Positions 10,809-23,593 of a DNA stretch of 64,000 nt are shown here, piece by piece. Under the pieces are notes generated by a model that saw only the letters and a list, made by a program, of their open reading frames with translations, was not told the DNA's origin and did no database searches. Source of the stretch: Dendrobates tinctorius (lineage: Eukaryota); assembly GCF_039654945.1 (NCBI RefSeq), contig NW_027361825.1, forward strand, positions 34,348,001 to 34,412,000. Reading direction: 5' to 3'. A program made the translations under genes and the position numbers. Every line of letters starts with the position of its first letter. Positions within the stretch are counted from its first letter, which is position 1.

Positions 10809-13800
10809 TTACAGAAAAGAGGCAAAGCTCAGAGACTCATTGAGGCCTTTCGGGGCTGTGGTGTCTAACATCACAATCCACTTGGTTTCTTTTTGCGCCA
10901 AGTTTTTTTATAGTTACCGGCTCTAATCCCTAGATGAACTCGATCTATCCCCCTTACCATAAATGTCTGTGGGTCACAGTCGTGCACCAATTTAAAATGG
11001 CGAGGGATCGTCTTTAGAGTAGAAAAGTCGGTCACTGTCTTGGCCGCCAGAATGTCACGCACATGTTCACGTATCCTTACACGAAGTTCTCTAGAAGTTA
11101 ACCCGACGTATATAAGGGAACATCCACAGATAGCATAATACACCACATTGGTGCTACCACATGATATACGTTCGGTAATTCGAAAATCTCTTGTCCCATC
11201 AGAATTATGGAACGTAGTGCACCGCAAGACATTCTGGCAGGCAAGACAGTGGCCGCACGGGAACGAGCCAGATATAGGGCCCTTAGTACCAAATGGATTG
11301 GTTAAGGCAGGAACATAATGACTCCTAACAAGGAGGTCCTTTAAATTCTTGGACCTTCTTGGGGTCATCAAAGGATATTCTCCAATCGCCTGATTCAATG
11401 AGGGTTCAGATCTCAAAATTGCCCAGCGTTTGGTGAGAACATCTCGCATATGATCCCACTCATGGTTGTGAACTGAAATAAACCGGAGAGAACCCGGATA
11501 TCGGGGAACACCCTTACTACATGAACCCTCTCTGCCAGTTAGTGTACGGGGATACAAAAGATCCCTTCGTGCTACGCTCCTTGCCCGGTCATAGCCCCTC
11601 CCTATACATCTGTTACTGTACCCACGATCCTGGAAACGAGTTCTCAGGTCGCGGGCCTGTTTTTCAAATTTGGCTTCAGTCGAGCAGATCCGCCTCATCC
11701 GTAGGAACTGCCCGACCGGGACGGCCCTAATGGTGGAAAAATTGTGTGCGGAAGTGGCATGCAGCAAGGCGTTTACTGAAGTGGGTTTTCTATATACGTC
11801 AGTCTGAATATGACGCCCTTCATCCACCTCTAAAGATACATCCAAAAAGTCAATAGACCTTGGATCGTATTTATAGGTGAGTTTGATGTTAAAATTATTC
11901 ACATTCAGCCATGCCATAAAATCCCCGAGCTGCTGCGCCGTCCCATCCCAAAAAAATAACACATCATCAATATAGCGGTGCCAGCACAGTACACGGGAAG
12001 CGGCCGGTGCTCCTCCGTCGCCAAAAATGAATCTTTCCCATGAACCAAGGAAAAGATTAGCGTACGAAGGCGCACAGGCCGCGTCCATGGCCGTGCCGCA
12101 CCGCTGAAGATAAAAATGATCTTTGAAAACAAAAAAATTGTGAGTCAAGACGAAGCGCAGCAGCTCCAGGATCAGCTCGCACAATAGGCCGTCCAGGTCG
12201 GACATCCCCAAAAAGAGGCGGACCGCATCAACACCCAAAGTATGGTCAATACAGATGTACAGGGATTCAACGTCAGCCGTGACAAGGAGCGTATGAGTAT
12301 CCACAAGAACGCCACCGACCCGCGTAAGGACGTCCGTCGTGTCCTTGACATAGGAGGGTAACAATTCTACCAAAGGTTTTAAATAGTAGTCCAAAAATTT
12401 ACATACTGGGTCACACAGACTCTCTATGCCAGACACGATCGGGCGTCCAGGGGGATCGAGGGCGTTCTTGTGGATCTTAGGCAGGAGATAGAAGGTTGGT
12501 GTCCTAGGGTGTTTAACCATCAACCCCTCAAAAACTGTCTTAGTAATAATATTCTGGTCCAGAGCTCGAACCAGAATACGCTGAAGTGAGAGTGAGAAGG
12601 AAGCCGTAGGGTTATACGACAATTTCTCGTATGTATGAGGATCTCTTAATTGTCTAAACACCTCACGCTCATATAGATCTACAGGCCATACCACGATGTT
12701 CCCACCCTTGTCAGCGGGTTTGAACAGTACCCCCGGGATGGACTGTAGTTCCATAATAGCACGTCGTTGCTACAGGTTAAATTATCATGCCTCCGCCGTG
12801 AGGATAGCTTTTTAAAATCCTCAGTTACTAATTTAGTAAAGATATCAATGGCGGGACATAATGACAGGGGTGGGAACCTCGTCGATCTTGGTAATATGGC
12901 TGGAGGAAACTTACCCCGAGTTGGTGGCTTTTGTTCCCTAAGGAGGTCCTCAAGAGCGTGGAGTGCCTCACTCTCACTCTCACTCATGATCTCTCTGCGC
13001 TCGTTCTTGTGATGTAATTTTTGCAGTAATAATTTTCACGAAAAGAGGTGTAAATCTTTTAATGCCAGAAAAAAATTGAAAGAATTAGTTGGGGAAAAGG
13101 TTAAACCCTTACTTAAAACGTCAAGATGTGACTGAGTGAGATCATATGATGAGAGGTTAATCACCTGAAGGCTATTGGTACGACCCTCATTGATACGCCC
13201 CGTATCGCTTTTATTTTTGGCCGATTGGCGAGTCACTACACGCCTTAAGGTGAAATCGCGTGTTAGATTCCCACTGGAATTAGAGGTCTGTGGTACGGAA
13301 TCTTCCTCCGTAGAAACATTAGATCTAGTTGATGCTGACCTTGACCTTGAACGTGATGAATTCCTGTATGGATAGCGAGAACGTTCAGCCGGGTTTCGCC
13401 ATCTATATATTTTAGAAGTCGTTTTATCCTGGATGTCTCTTTTTAATTTCTTAGTTTTTTGAGTCTGGATATCCGACACCCATTTCTGGAGATCGATATC
13501 CAGTTCATCATTAAACTTCTTTAGCCTGTCACTGGTAAGGTCCTTTTGTAATTGCACTTGCAAAGTTTCAATCTCACTCTCAAGGGAGCTCAGCATTTTT
13601 AGATCATATTCTCTCAATAGGTCCAAAAAACCCTTTGAGCACGTATTGACCAGACCCTCCCATTTATCCTTAAACTCATTATCTTGAATAGGGAAGGATG
13701 GGAAAACTTGAATGCGGAGCCCCCTCGGAATCAGATTTCTTTGGATATATTTTTCTAGGAATTCACAATTCCACCACACTCGCGTACGTTTCCTCAAGAG

Positions 13801-13926
13801 GTCCCTGAACTTTGCCATGGCCTCCTGCACATTAATGCCACATCCACCACTGTCCACACTGTCACCCTCCTGGAAGGCGTCATTGAGCTGCGCACGCCAG
13901 GTGTGGTCGCGCGCACGGAAATCCAT
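10809..13926 (-). pseudogene. PLE polyprotein (N-terminal domain, RT, Cys-rich linker, GIY-YIG endonuclease), disrupted
   Basis: ATG at 13926 (MDFRARD); KPADKG, LPKIHK, GRPIVS, DVESLY, YIDD, CGHCLAC, VVYYAICGCSLIYVGLT, RIREH; in-frame TGA at 13036-13038, frameshifts near 12770 and 10905; ends PKGLNESLSFASFL*. Confidence 0.92.
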
Positions 13927-14765
13927 AGTAGGGCTGAAGATTTCTGTTAACAACACAGAGAATACAATTAATACAACAGGATAGCCCAATACTTTATACA
14001 AAACAAATGGCAATGGCCTCAGGTAAGGGCCTGCCATAATCATAGATGGTTCTACTCCATAGATATCTATAAAAACCAAGAGAAACGGAGTACTCGAATC
14101 CAGAGTTGTGTATAAAAATATCAAATTTTATTAACACCAAAAATACAGGGAAAAAAAGCGTACAATAATCATAGCATAATTGCATATAAAATATGACACC
14201 AAAAACCAAGAAAAGGGATATGTGGGGGTCACACATTGAGCACCATCACGTTAAGCCCACCCATATAAATAAGGCCTAAAATTAGTACATACAGAGTGAC
14301 ACTGCCTATATGGGAGAACATATAATGGTTAAAGCCATAGTGGATATCAAAAAATGGCAGGGGCAAACTGCACATAGCGGAAAGAAAAATGGGTGGTCAT
14401 GGTCCAAGAGCCACCAGCAGTGCCATGGTAATAAACAGTACAATAGCAATGGGAATATTTGCCTAAGAAAGCTCAAGTGCCCCAGGTTGTGAAAAAATAT
14501 CCATATAGGAGTCACAACTAGGGCGCCACCGCACTAAGCCCACCTACAGTGGGTGAGCCCTTACAAAGTGCGGGCAAAAAACTGCTGCCTATGTATAAAA
14601 ATAAGTATATCATAACCGGAATAAATATCACATGGCAGGAGTAAGTAGAGCATAACAAATAAGCAGTCACGGTCCCAAAAACGCTAACAATGCCATGGTC
14701 ACAAGGAGTGGTCTGGCGTTAAGGACACTTACCTAATGGTGCTCAAGTGCACCAGGCTGTGAAAA

Positions 14766-14816
14766 CATCTCCGACGCGCGTATCGCGCTTACAGATAGCG
14801 CTTTCTCAAGGAGATA
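14766..14816 (-). ncRNA. Hammerhead ribozyme copy in upstream pLTR, core mutated (GAAA to GAUA)
   Basis: matches the intact copy at 15481 except GCGC-GATA-C instead of GCGC-GAAA-C. Confidence 0.7.
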
Positions 14817-15480
14817 TAGCCATTACTGGCACAGGACCTTTTGTATCCCTAGTAACGGTCACATGTCCGCTCATGTGACTTGAATGAGCCAATCACTAAT
14901 GGCCACAACGGCGCATGCGTCGTGACATCAACCAAGCCTCCAACATGGAGACCAGCGTCCAGCAATAGGCGTACGCACCGGGACCAGAGTCCACAGCGCC
15001 CACACCACATGCAAATTTCAAATTTGGCTTCATTTATTTGATTAAAATGATGATTAATGAAGATGGAAGATACTGTGGAAGGATAAAGAATTAATGGGTT
15101 GTTCATGTCTTTTAAGGATATAGGTATTTGGTGCCATATTTATATTCATGTTGCTTTTTGAATTGATTTGGTTAACATATACATTTTTCTATGGATCACA
15201 GTCCGCTCCTGTTAGTATCCTGTGGCCGTGCGCATGCGGTATGTGTCCTCCATACACCTCCCCATGGGGGCTGCGCCCTACATGCATGTGGTGTGGGCGC
15301 TGTGGACTCTGGTCCCGGTGCGTACGCCTATTGCTGGACGCTGGTCTCCATGTTGGAGGCTTGGTTGATGTCACGACGCATGCGCCGTTGTGGCCATTAG
15401 TGATTGGCTCATTCAAGTCACATGAGTGGACATGTGACCGTTACTAGGGATACAAAAGGTCCTGTGCCAGTAATGGCTAT

Positions 15481-15530
15481 ATCTCCTTGAGAAAGCGCTA
15501 TCTGTAAGCGCGAAACGCGCGTCGGAGATG
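15481..15530 (+). ncRNA. Minimal type I hammerhead ribozyme, inverted pLTR copy (intact)
   Basis: ATCTCC TTGAGAA A GCGCT ATCTGTA AGCGC GAAA C GCGC GTC GGAGAT; palindromic stem III loop as in dimerising PLE hammerheads. Confidence 0.85.
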
Positions 15531-16254
15531 TTTTCACAGCCTGGGGCACTTGAGCACCATTAGGTAAGTGTCCTTAACGCCAGACCACTCCTTGTGACCA
15601 TGGCATTGTTAGCGTTTTTGGGACCGTGACTGCTTATTTGTTATGCTCTACTTACTCCTGCCATGTGATATTTATTCCGGTTATGATATACTTATTTTTA
15701 TACATAGGCAGCAGTTTTTTGCCCGCACTTTGTAAGGGCTCACCCACTGTAGGTGGGCTTAGTGCGGTGGCGCCCTAGTTGTGACTCCTATATGGATATT
15801 TTTTCACAACCTGGGGCACTTGAGCTTTCTTAGGCAAATATTCCCATTGCTATTGTACTGTTTATTACCATGGCACTGCTGGTGGCTCTTGGACCATGAC
15901 CACCCATTTTTCTTTCCGCTATGTGCAGTTTGCCCCTGCCATTTTTTGATATCCACTATGGCTTTAACCATTATATGTTCTCCCATATAGGCAGTGTCAC
16001 TCTGTATGTACTAATTTTAGGGCTTATTTATATGGGTGGGCTTAACATGATGGTGCTCAATGTGTGACCCCCACATATCCCTTTTCTTGGTTTTTGGTGT
16101 CATATTTTATATGCAATTATGCTATGATTATTGTACGCTTTTTTCCCCTGTATTTTTGGTGTTAATAAAATTTGATATTTTTATACACAACTCTGGATTC
16201 GAGTACTCCGTTTCTCTTGGTTTTTATAACTATTTAAATCATTAGCCTGCACCC

Positions 16255-17029
16255 TGTTGTGAGTTCATTTTCCCCTTCACTACTGAGGCCCAAGGAACTC
16301 CCTCTTCTGGTGAAGAAAGGTAGTGAGCCTGATTGTCAAACACCTGGGGCTGATGATGATGACTGGCTGAGTGGAGTTAATGACTGGATATAAGGCTGCC
16401 GACGCCCTTCTGGCCTGCGGGTGATTTCTCTGTGGACTTCTAGGAAACCAGTCTGATTCCTGCTCATCTAAAGCTAAGATTTCTGCTTTGCCTTTTTGCA
16501 TTAGTGTTTTGTTTTCCTTGCTTTTCTGGATTCTGCCATTCCCTGCTGAATCTCCTTTTGCCTGTTGCTCTGTCTTCAGAATATTCCTGAGTACTGACAT
16601 AGCTTTTTTGAAGCCTAGCGTCTTCAGGGCCTTTTTACTGTCAGTTTGTTGGCTCTTATTTTCATAGGGTTTTTCACGGATTGCAGACAGCAGCCTTCCT
16701 GTCCTTTCCTATCTAAGCTAGCGTGGGCCCCATCTTTGCTCAGTCTATCTTTCTGTCTGTGTTCTTGCTTCACCGTCATTATATGTGGGGGGCTGCCTTT
16801 TGCTTTGGGGTCTGCTCTGGGGCAGTTTAGATTTCCCTTTCTGTCTTTAGGCTATGTAGTCCTCCGGCTGTGATCGAGGGGCCTAGGGCATCGTAGGAGC
16901 CCCCCACGGCTACTGCTAGTTGTGTTGATAGGTTCAGGGGTCTGCAATCCGATAGCTGACAACTTCTCTGGTTTTCTGGACTTAGCTAGCATTTCTATTT
17001 TTGCCTCCTACGGTGACTTAATCATAACA
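16255..17029 (+). mobile_element. Solo LTR of an LTR retrotransposon
   Basis: TGTTG...TAACA termini, 6-bp TSD GCACCC (16249-16254, 17030-17035); similar to the LTR at 49909-50779. Confidence 0.85.
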
Positions 17030-17124
17030 GCACCCTATTTATTGCCTCAGGAACAGGTGGCTGCCTCTATTCTGTCCATTTGTGACCTTGCCTTCACTAG
17101 GTGTGTTGGTGTTGTATGTGCAAC

Positions 17125-18836
17125 ATGGCAGACAGTCTGACTTTCAACACAACTGAGCAGGTTCTCTTCAACTGGCTTTTGTCACGCCGCTTTGGCCAAC
17201 CATACCCAGTGATAGTGGATCCGCGGAGGAGACGCATGTGGGTACATCCACTTTTGAGGCAACGACTCACAAGAGGTCATTTTCACCGCCTCTATTCTTC
17301 TATGCGGGAGCATCCACTGAAATTTTACCAATACTGTCGCATGAGCATTTCCACATTTGATGGACTCTTGGAGACAGTGCGCCCTGGGATAACCTTTCAG
17401 GACACAAGGATGCGCAAAGCCATATCTGCTGAGGAGCGACTTCTACTCACATTACGGTATGTACTACACAACCACATTCTCTATGTTCATGATGTGTTGG
17501 CCAAAGTATGTATTTATTGCTTCATGGACTAATTTTAATGCCCTCATCTTATTCCAGATATGATTCAACTTACAGACCAGAATGTTATGTGTAATATGTA
17601 CTGAATATCACTTAGTCATTGGGCGACCAAATATGTGTGTGTTAGTAGATCTGAAATCCTGACAAGTTTGGTATGTATGTACCTGTTTGGCCGGAGTCAC
17701 ACTACAGCGAGATACGGCAGAGTCTCGCAGGTTAAAACCAAGCTCTGGCACCGGCACTCCGGAGCGCAGCGTGCAGCTCCATGTATTGCTGTGCGGCTGC
17801 ACGCTCCGCTCCGCAGTGCCAGCGCCAGAGCTTGGTTTTAACCTGCGAGACTCGGCCGTATCTCGCTGTGTGTGATCCCGGCCTTTTTTGGTTAATTTAT
17901 GCATTCTAAAATGTTCCTTTTCTGTTGTTCTTCAGCTTCCTGACCACTGGCCTGTCTTATGCCGCCCTCCACCATGAGTTTCTGATTGGAAGATCTACCA
18001 TTTCTGGCATAGTCAGGTCGACATGTAGTGAAATATGGTCAAGACTACATCAACTCGTCATGCCCGAGCACAGGATGGAAGACTGGTTGAGGATATCAAG
18101 GGACTTTGAGGAGGAATGCCAGTTTCCTAATTGTATTGGGGCCCTTGATGGCAAACATATCAGGGTGCGTAAGCCGCCAAACTCTGGCTCCCAATTCTTC
18201 AATTATAAACAATACTTTTCTGTTGTATTGTTGGCTCTGGTAGACCCTCAATACAAGTTTATAATTGTTGACATTGGGGCCTATGGAAGGACAGGAGATT
18301 CTCGAGTCTTCAATACTTCCATTATGGCTCGGCGGCTACGCACCAACCAGTTGGATCTACCACCACCACGCCAGCTACCAGGCTCCACTCAAGAATCTGT
18401 CCCTTATGTCCTTGTGGCAGATGAGGCGTTTCAGTTAACACGCAATGTCATGAGGCCATATCCCCGGCGCAACCTTGACCACCGGCGCAGAATTTTTAAC
18501 TTGCGCCTATCACATGCTAGGCGACTGGTGGAGTGTTCCTTTGGGATTCTTTGTGCCAAATGGCGGGTACTCCAGTCTGCCATTCAGCTGAGTGAACAAA
18601 ATGTTAATGAAGTTGTGAAAGCCTGTGTGGTTCTTCATAACTTCACCAGGATACATGATTGCTCCTCCTCTGATGGTGTTGTGCGTGGGTTGGACAATGT
18701 TCGTAGGGTGAGACCACCTATCAACCCTCAACGTAGACCGATCTCTGGCCTCAAAGTGCGTGATATTTTCACAAATTACTTTATGTCACCTGAGGGTGAA
18801 ACTTCTTGGCAAGAGCCTGCTGTGTCTATGTTATAA
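17125..18836 (+). CDS. Harbinger DDE transposase (HARBI1-like), exons 17125-17456 and 17936-18836, 410 aa, apparently intact
   Basis: MWVHP, CRMS, LLTLR|FLTTG joined across a GT-AG intron; catalytic GALDGKH, VADEAF, VECSFGIL. Confidence 0.92.
17689..17883. mobile_element. Harbinger MITE inside the transposase intron
   Basis: palindromic, TIRs GGCCGGAGTCACAC / GTGTGATCCCGGCC, TTT flanks. Confidence 0.85.
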
Positions 18837-19103
18837 TTTTTTGGTTTATGTGTGTCTAAATATATATATTTCTACCCCTTCTGATTCTATGACTGTTTAA
18901 TTGCATTGGTAAGCGTATGTTAGTATGATGACATTGTTTTTTAGAATTGAAACAGAGACGTAAAATGTAGTAGACAAATGTTTACTTTTGCCTTTTTTTT
19001 TGTGTTTTTTTTAAAGCAAAACATATTATTGCCATATAAGAACTGTGGCAATGGGCCAAACTGGCCTTTTTGCAGATGTGAACATTTGTTCCAAATAACA
19101 TTT

Positions 19104-20760
19104 TCACACATAGAAAAAAAACAAAACATTATGCAATACAAAAATGGCTACATTATAAATTTTGGTGTGGTAGGCCCGTGTCTCATACCCGCCAATATAT
19201 CCATGTCGTCCCCAACCAGGTTGGGACCAGCCTCCAACACTGGGTGGGAACAAGTGGCCATATTGGTGAGGTTGGCTAGAGCCAGACATATGTGGCTGCT
19301 GTTGGGGAGGGGGAGGAAGGGGGTGAGGTGTAGGTCCACGTATTTGAGGATCCTCAGAGCCTGCTCGAGCAAGCATGTGTGTGGGGTGTCTAAGGCGCAT
19401 TAGATTTCTGGGTGAAAGCTGCCACCTCTCCAGATATTCAAATAATTCATATGGGGTATTGGGGTGTGTGCAAGCATCAAACAGGATCTGAAAACATCCT
19501 CGAATACGGAGCCTCACCTCACGGGAAAGGGCACGAAGATAAAGGGCCAGGCTGCACGAGTATGCCTCCTCGCCATCAATCATTATTGACTCTAGCCAAA
19601 TAGTTGAGGACCCCAGTGTCAACATTTGTACGTGTATCTTGGGCAGGGATCTGGCGCCTTCTTCTTCCTCGCCGGGATGGTCCAGCAGGCTGTGGGGAGC
19701 CCCGGATCTGGGCAGTTGGGCAGCTGCTCATGTTGCCCTGCTCCTCCAGTATGGCTGATGGTGCAGCAGCAGACGGTCCTGCTCGTGGATGTGGTCCTGG
19801 TGGTGGGGTTTGTGGCACAGGCACTGGGTTTTCCTGAGAGGATTCTTCACCCATGCTTCTTGTAGGGGGAGAAGATGGGCCAGCCACCTCATCCCCTAGA
19901 GGATCAATGATGGGCTCTGTATCTGAGCCCGTTCTTCTCTCCGTAAGGTTGGATTGAGTTCTGTTATGAAATAGAACAGAGGCAAAAATACATCAATATT
20001 TTTGGCCCTGTAAAGTATCGGTGTAATGTGGTGTGAGGTATGTACTTACGGTCTCAGATCCAGAATAGGGGCGAGGAAGGAGAGGCGGTCATAATATACG
20101 TATTTCCTCTTTATGTGGCCCGCATCACCACTCCTGGACCGCTGCTGACGTTCCCGGCGGTATTGGTCCCGGATGCTTCGCCAGCGTTTCAACACATCTT
20201 CCACTGAAATGTGACAGGAAATATTTTCAATTTCACATATTTGATAGGTCTAATTTGCTACCAGTAGCCTAGGCATGTGGCCTTCTGGGGTGTGCTTTCT
20301 ACCCAGGGTGGCATATATAATTGGGGCATCCAGGCCAGATACACAGGGTCACAATAGTTCAGGTATCAAGTAACTACACTTAATAACTTGGTAGGCTAGG
20401 AGGATGAGGAGCTTGTGGCCTGGGCCAATTTATGACAGTGTAAAACCATGGGTCACATCAAAATCTACCCACCTCATGAGTAAAAAAAGTACAAGCACAG
20501 GAAGGGAGGGGGGGGCTGATTCTAGATGCATTTTTTGATGTGAGGTATTTTTAAACAGTTTTTGGGTTGTACTTACTCAGTTGCTGCTGCTCCTCACGTG
20601 GCCGATCACCAAAATCGTGGAACATCTGGCGACATATGCGCCTCCATGACGCCTCCTTTCTTGCCCGGTTGGCATAATGGGCATCACGTTGGTCCCAGAT
20701 TTCTGGCCGCTCCTGCACTAAGACAATAAGCATCTCCACATTCAGAAAATATAGCGCCAT
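19104..20760 (-). pseudogene. Harbinger ORF2 Myb/SANT (MADF)-like protein with BESS-like C-terminus; exons 20760-20577, 20203-20050, 19960-~19104; frameshift near 19579
   Basis: LIVLVQERPEIWDQRDAHY...W, KRWRSIRDQYRRE, YVYYDRLSFL; GT-AG introns in consistent phase; GAT-T-GAT-GGC 1-nt insertion separates the DGEEAYSCSLALYLRAL segment. Confidence 0.85.
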
Positions 20761-21274
20761 GACGCTGCTGTACTCCGTGGAGGCGTACTTCCTGGATGTC
20801 TGGAGCGCTTTTTGAGCTCATTTGCATGTCTAAGTTTCCTGATGATGGATTGGCCCATTTCCTGTCACCAGCCAAAAGACCTGCGTATTTCTCGCAAGTC
20901 ACACGTGTGGTCCGTGTGTAATCCGTATTTTTTGCACACCAATAGACTTGCATTGGCGTAGTACGCTGACAATCGCAGCATGCTGCGACTGGCACGGACC
21001 GTAGAATACGGATGAGAAATATACGGCTGGTGCGAGCTGCCCCATAGAGAATCATTTGTCCGTGTGTAATGCGTGCTTTTAACGCCTCTCACTCATCCGT
21101 ATTCCTCGCCAGTGTGACTCCGGTCTGAGGAAGAGAAATAACCAACCCCCCAAGAGCATTTACAATTCTTCATAAATTTCAGTTTGGATTATGAATATAG
21201 GATCAAAGTTGATTTTTTTAAGGGAACAGGTCATCAGAATAACGGGTCATCTAATTCGGCCAAATATTGTGGAC

Positions 21275-21645
21275 ATGAAGTTGAGCTGTGACATCACCTA
21301 TTGTGAATGGTAGATCCTGTGTTATCAGTCATTGTACAGGAGGAGTAGGTGAGCTGTGATCACCTGCTGTGAATGGTGGCTCCTGGGTTATCATTGTACA
21401 GGAGTAGGTGAGCTGTGATCACCTATTGTCAATGGTGGATCGTGTGTTATCAGTCATTGTACAGGAGGAGTAGGTGAGCTGTGATCACCTGTTGTGAATG
21501 CTGGTTCCTGTGTTATGGCATTGTACAGAAGGAGGAGTAGGTGAGCTGTGATCACCTGTTGTGAATGCTGGCTCCTGTGTTATGGCATTATACAGGAGTA
21601 GGTGAGCTGTGATCACCTGTTGTGAATGGTGGCATCTGTTTTATC
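21275..21645. repeat. ~60-bp tandem repeat
   Basis: about 6 copies of GTAGGTGAGCTGTGATCACCTGTTGTGAATG...GTGTTAT..ATTGTACAGGAG. Confidence 0.85.
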
Positions 21646-22859
21646 TACTGCATATAAAGGTCTTACCTTTCATTCCACTCCGGTCCGTGATAATAATGAG
21701 ACGGCTGAAAAGAGTATATATTTTAGTGATATAGAAAAATAAAAAGACAAAATGTACATTTTCTAAATGCTTGTTAAGTTATTCTGACTCTCAGCGCACC
21801 TATCGATGATCAGCAGTGGTCACCCATGTGTATTTATTCTTCATTCACACAAGTCCAGACAGCTGTATCCTCACAATCTGATAATGAATGTTCATATATG
21901 AACTCGCATTCCTAATTCTAGCAAGTTTTCTCATAGTATAGTGGGACCCTACATCACGGACAAAACAGCATGCAATGTCTACATTTAGTGATGAAGACGT
22001 GAAACTATTAGTGGAGGAGCATTGCTGTAACCCCTTAGTGACTGGGCCAATTTTTACAATTCTGGCCTCTTTATGAGGTTGTAACTCTGGAACGGATCCC
22101 GCTGATTCTGAGATTGTTTTTTGTGACTTATTGTACTTCATGTCAGTGATAAAATTTCTTTGATATAACTTGTGTTTATTTATGAAAAAAAATGGAAAGT
22201 TGTCAAAAATTTTGCAATTTTCAAAACTTTTCATTTTTGTGCCCTTAAATCAGTCATGTCACACAATAAATAACATTTCCCCCATGTCTACTTTACAGCA
22301 GCACAATTTTGGAAACAATTTTTTTTTGTTAGGAAGTTATAAGGGTTAAAAGTTGGCCAGCCATTTCTTATTTCTCCAACAAAATTTACAAAACCTTTTC
22401 TTTTTTATTTTGGGACCACCTCCCATTTGAAGTGTTTGGGTATTTTCTGTCATATTGACCCCCCAAAGTGACACCATTCTAAAAACTGCACACCTCAAGG
22501 TGCACAAAACCACATTCAAGAAGTTTATTAACGCTTCAGGTGCTTCACGAGAACTAAAGCAATGTGAAGGAAAAAAAAATGAACATTTTTACTTTTTTTC
22601 ACAAAAAATTTACTTCGGAACAGAACCTTTTTTTATTTTCACAAGGGTATCCGAAGAAAAAAACAGACCACAAAATTTGTTGTGCAATGTCTTTTGAGTA
22701 CGCCGATACCCCGTATGTGGGGGAAAGCATGGCAGAGCTCGGAAGGGAAGAAGCAACGTTTGACTTTTTGAACGCAAAATTGACTGGAAGCAATGGTAAC
22801 GTCATCTCACGTTTGGAGACACCTGATGTAACGAAACAGTGGAAACCCTCCAATTTGAA

Positions 22860-23106
22860 CGGTGGTTCAGTGGTTAGCACTGCAGTCTTGCAGCGCTGGG
22901 GTCCTGGGTTTAGATCCCACCAAAGGCAAAATCTGCAAGAAGTTTGCATGTTCTCCCCATGTTTGAGTAGGTTTCCTTCGGGTATTCTAGTTTCCTCCCA
23001 CATTCCAAACACATACTGATAGATTGTGAGCCCCAATGGAGACCTAATGTCTGTAAAGCCCTGTGGAATTAACAGAGCTATATATAAATGAGTAAAATAA
23101 ATAAAT
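22860..23106 (+). mobile_element. tRNA-derived SINE
   Basis: A-box-like GGTGGTTCAGTGGTTAGCAC, degenerate B-box GGGTTTAGATCCC, V-SINE-like core GTTTGCATGTTCTCCCC, A-rich (TAAA)n tail. Confidence 0.75.
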
Positions 23107-23593
23107 TCTAACCCCAACTCAACAGCAAAGAATGGAAAAAAAAAAAAAAAAAAAAAAGGGATTTTTGTGTACTCACCTTAAAATCCTTTTCTCCCGAGCC
23201 ATTCATTGGGGGACACAGAGACAGTGGGTGTTATGCTGCTTGCCACTAGGAGGACACTAAGTAAACCGAAAAAAAAGTTATCTCCTCCCCTGCAGTATAC
23301 ACCCTCTCGCTGGATGAGATATCTCCAGTTCAGTGAAAAAAGCAGTAGGAGCTTAAACAGTCAACAATAATCATAACTATGTCAAAACCTAAGAATGCTA
23401 CAAATGAGCCAATAGGCTAAACAGGGCGGGTGCTGTGTCCCCCAATGAATGGCTCGGAGAAAAGGATTTTACAGTGAGTACACAAAAATCCCTATTTCTC
23501 ATACGCCTCATTGGGGGACACAGACAGTGGGACGTCCTAAAGCAGACCCTGGGTGGGGAGCATACATCTGCTAATACCCCATGTACCACTGAG

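Larger units (their letters stand above)
9231..16226 (-). mobile_element. Penelope-like retroelement (Neptune type): inverted 5' pLTR + pLTR + ORF + pLTR
   Basis: near-identical direct repeats 9231-10272 and 13970-15012, inverted copy 15032-16226, RT + GIY-YIG ORF, TSD TAACTATTTAAATCA (9217-9231, 16227-16241; ends ambiguous by 1-2 nt). Confidence 0.95.
9000..21125 (+). mobile_element. PIF/Harbinger DNA transposon (full length, with nested insertions)
   Basis: TIRs GGCCGGGGTCACACT / AGTGTGACTCCGGTC, TGA TSD (8997-8999, 21126-21128); convergent DDE transposase and Myb/SANT-like genes. Confidence 0.92.

Noticed and set aside
13036-13038. In-frame TGA in the PLE ORF as possible selenocysteine
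   Set aside because: The context HLFS*KL corresponds to an Arg position (CGA to TGA CpG decay), and the ORF has other lesions.
22860-22930. tRNA gene
   Set aside because: The tRNA-like head has a degenerate B box and continues into a SINE core and A-rich tail.
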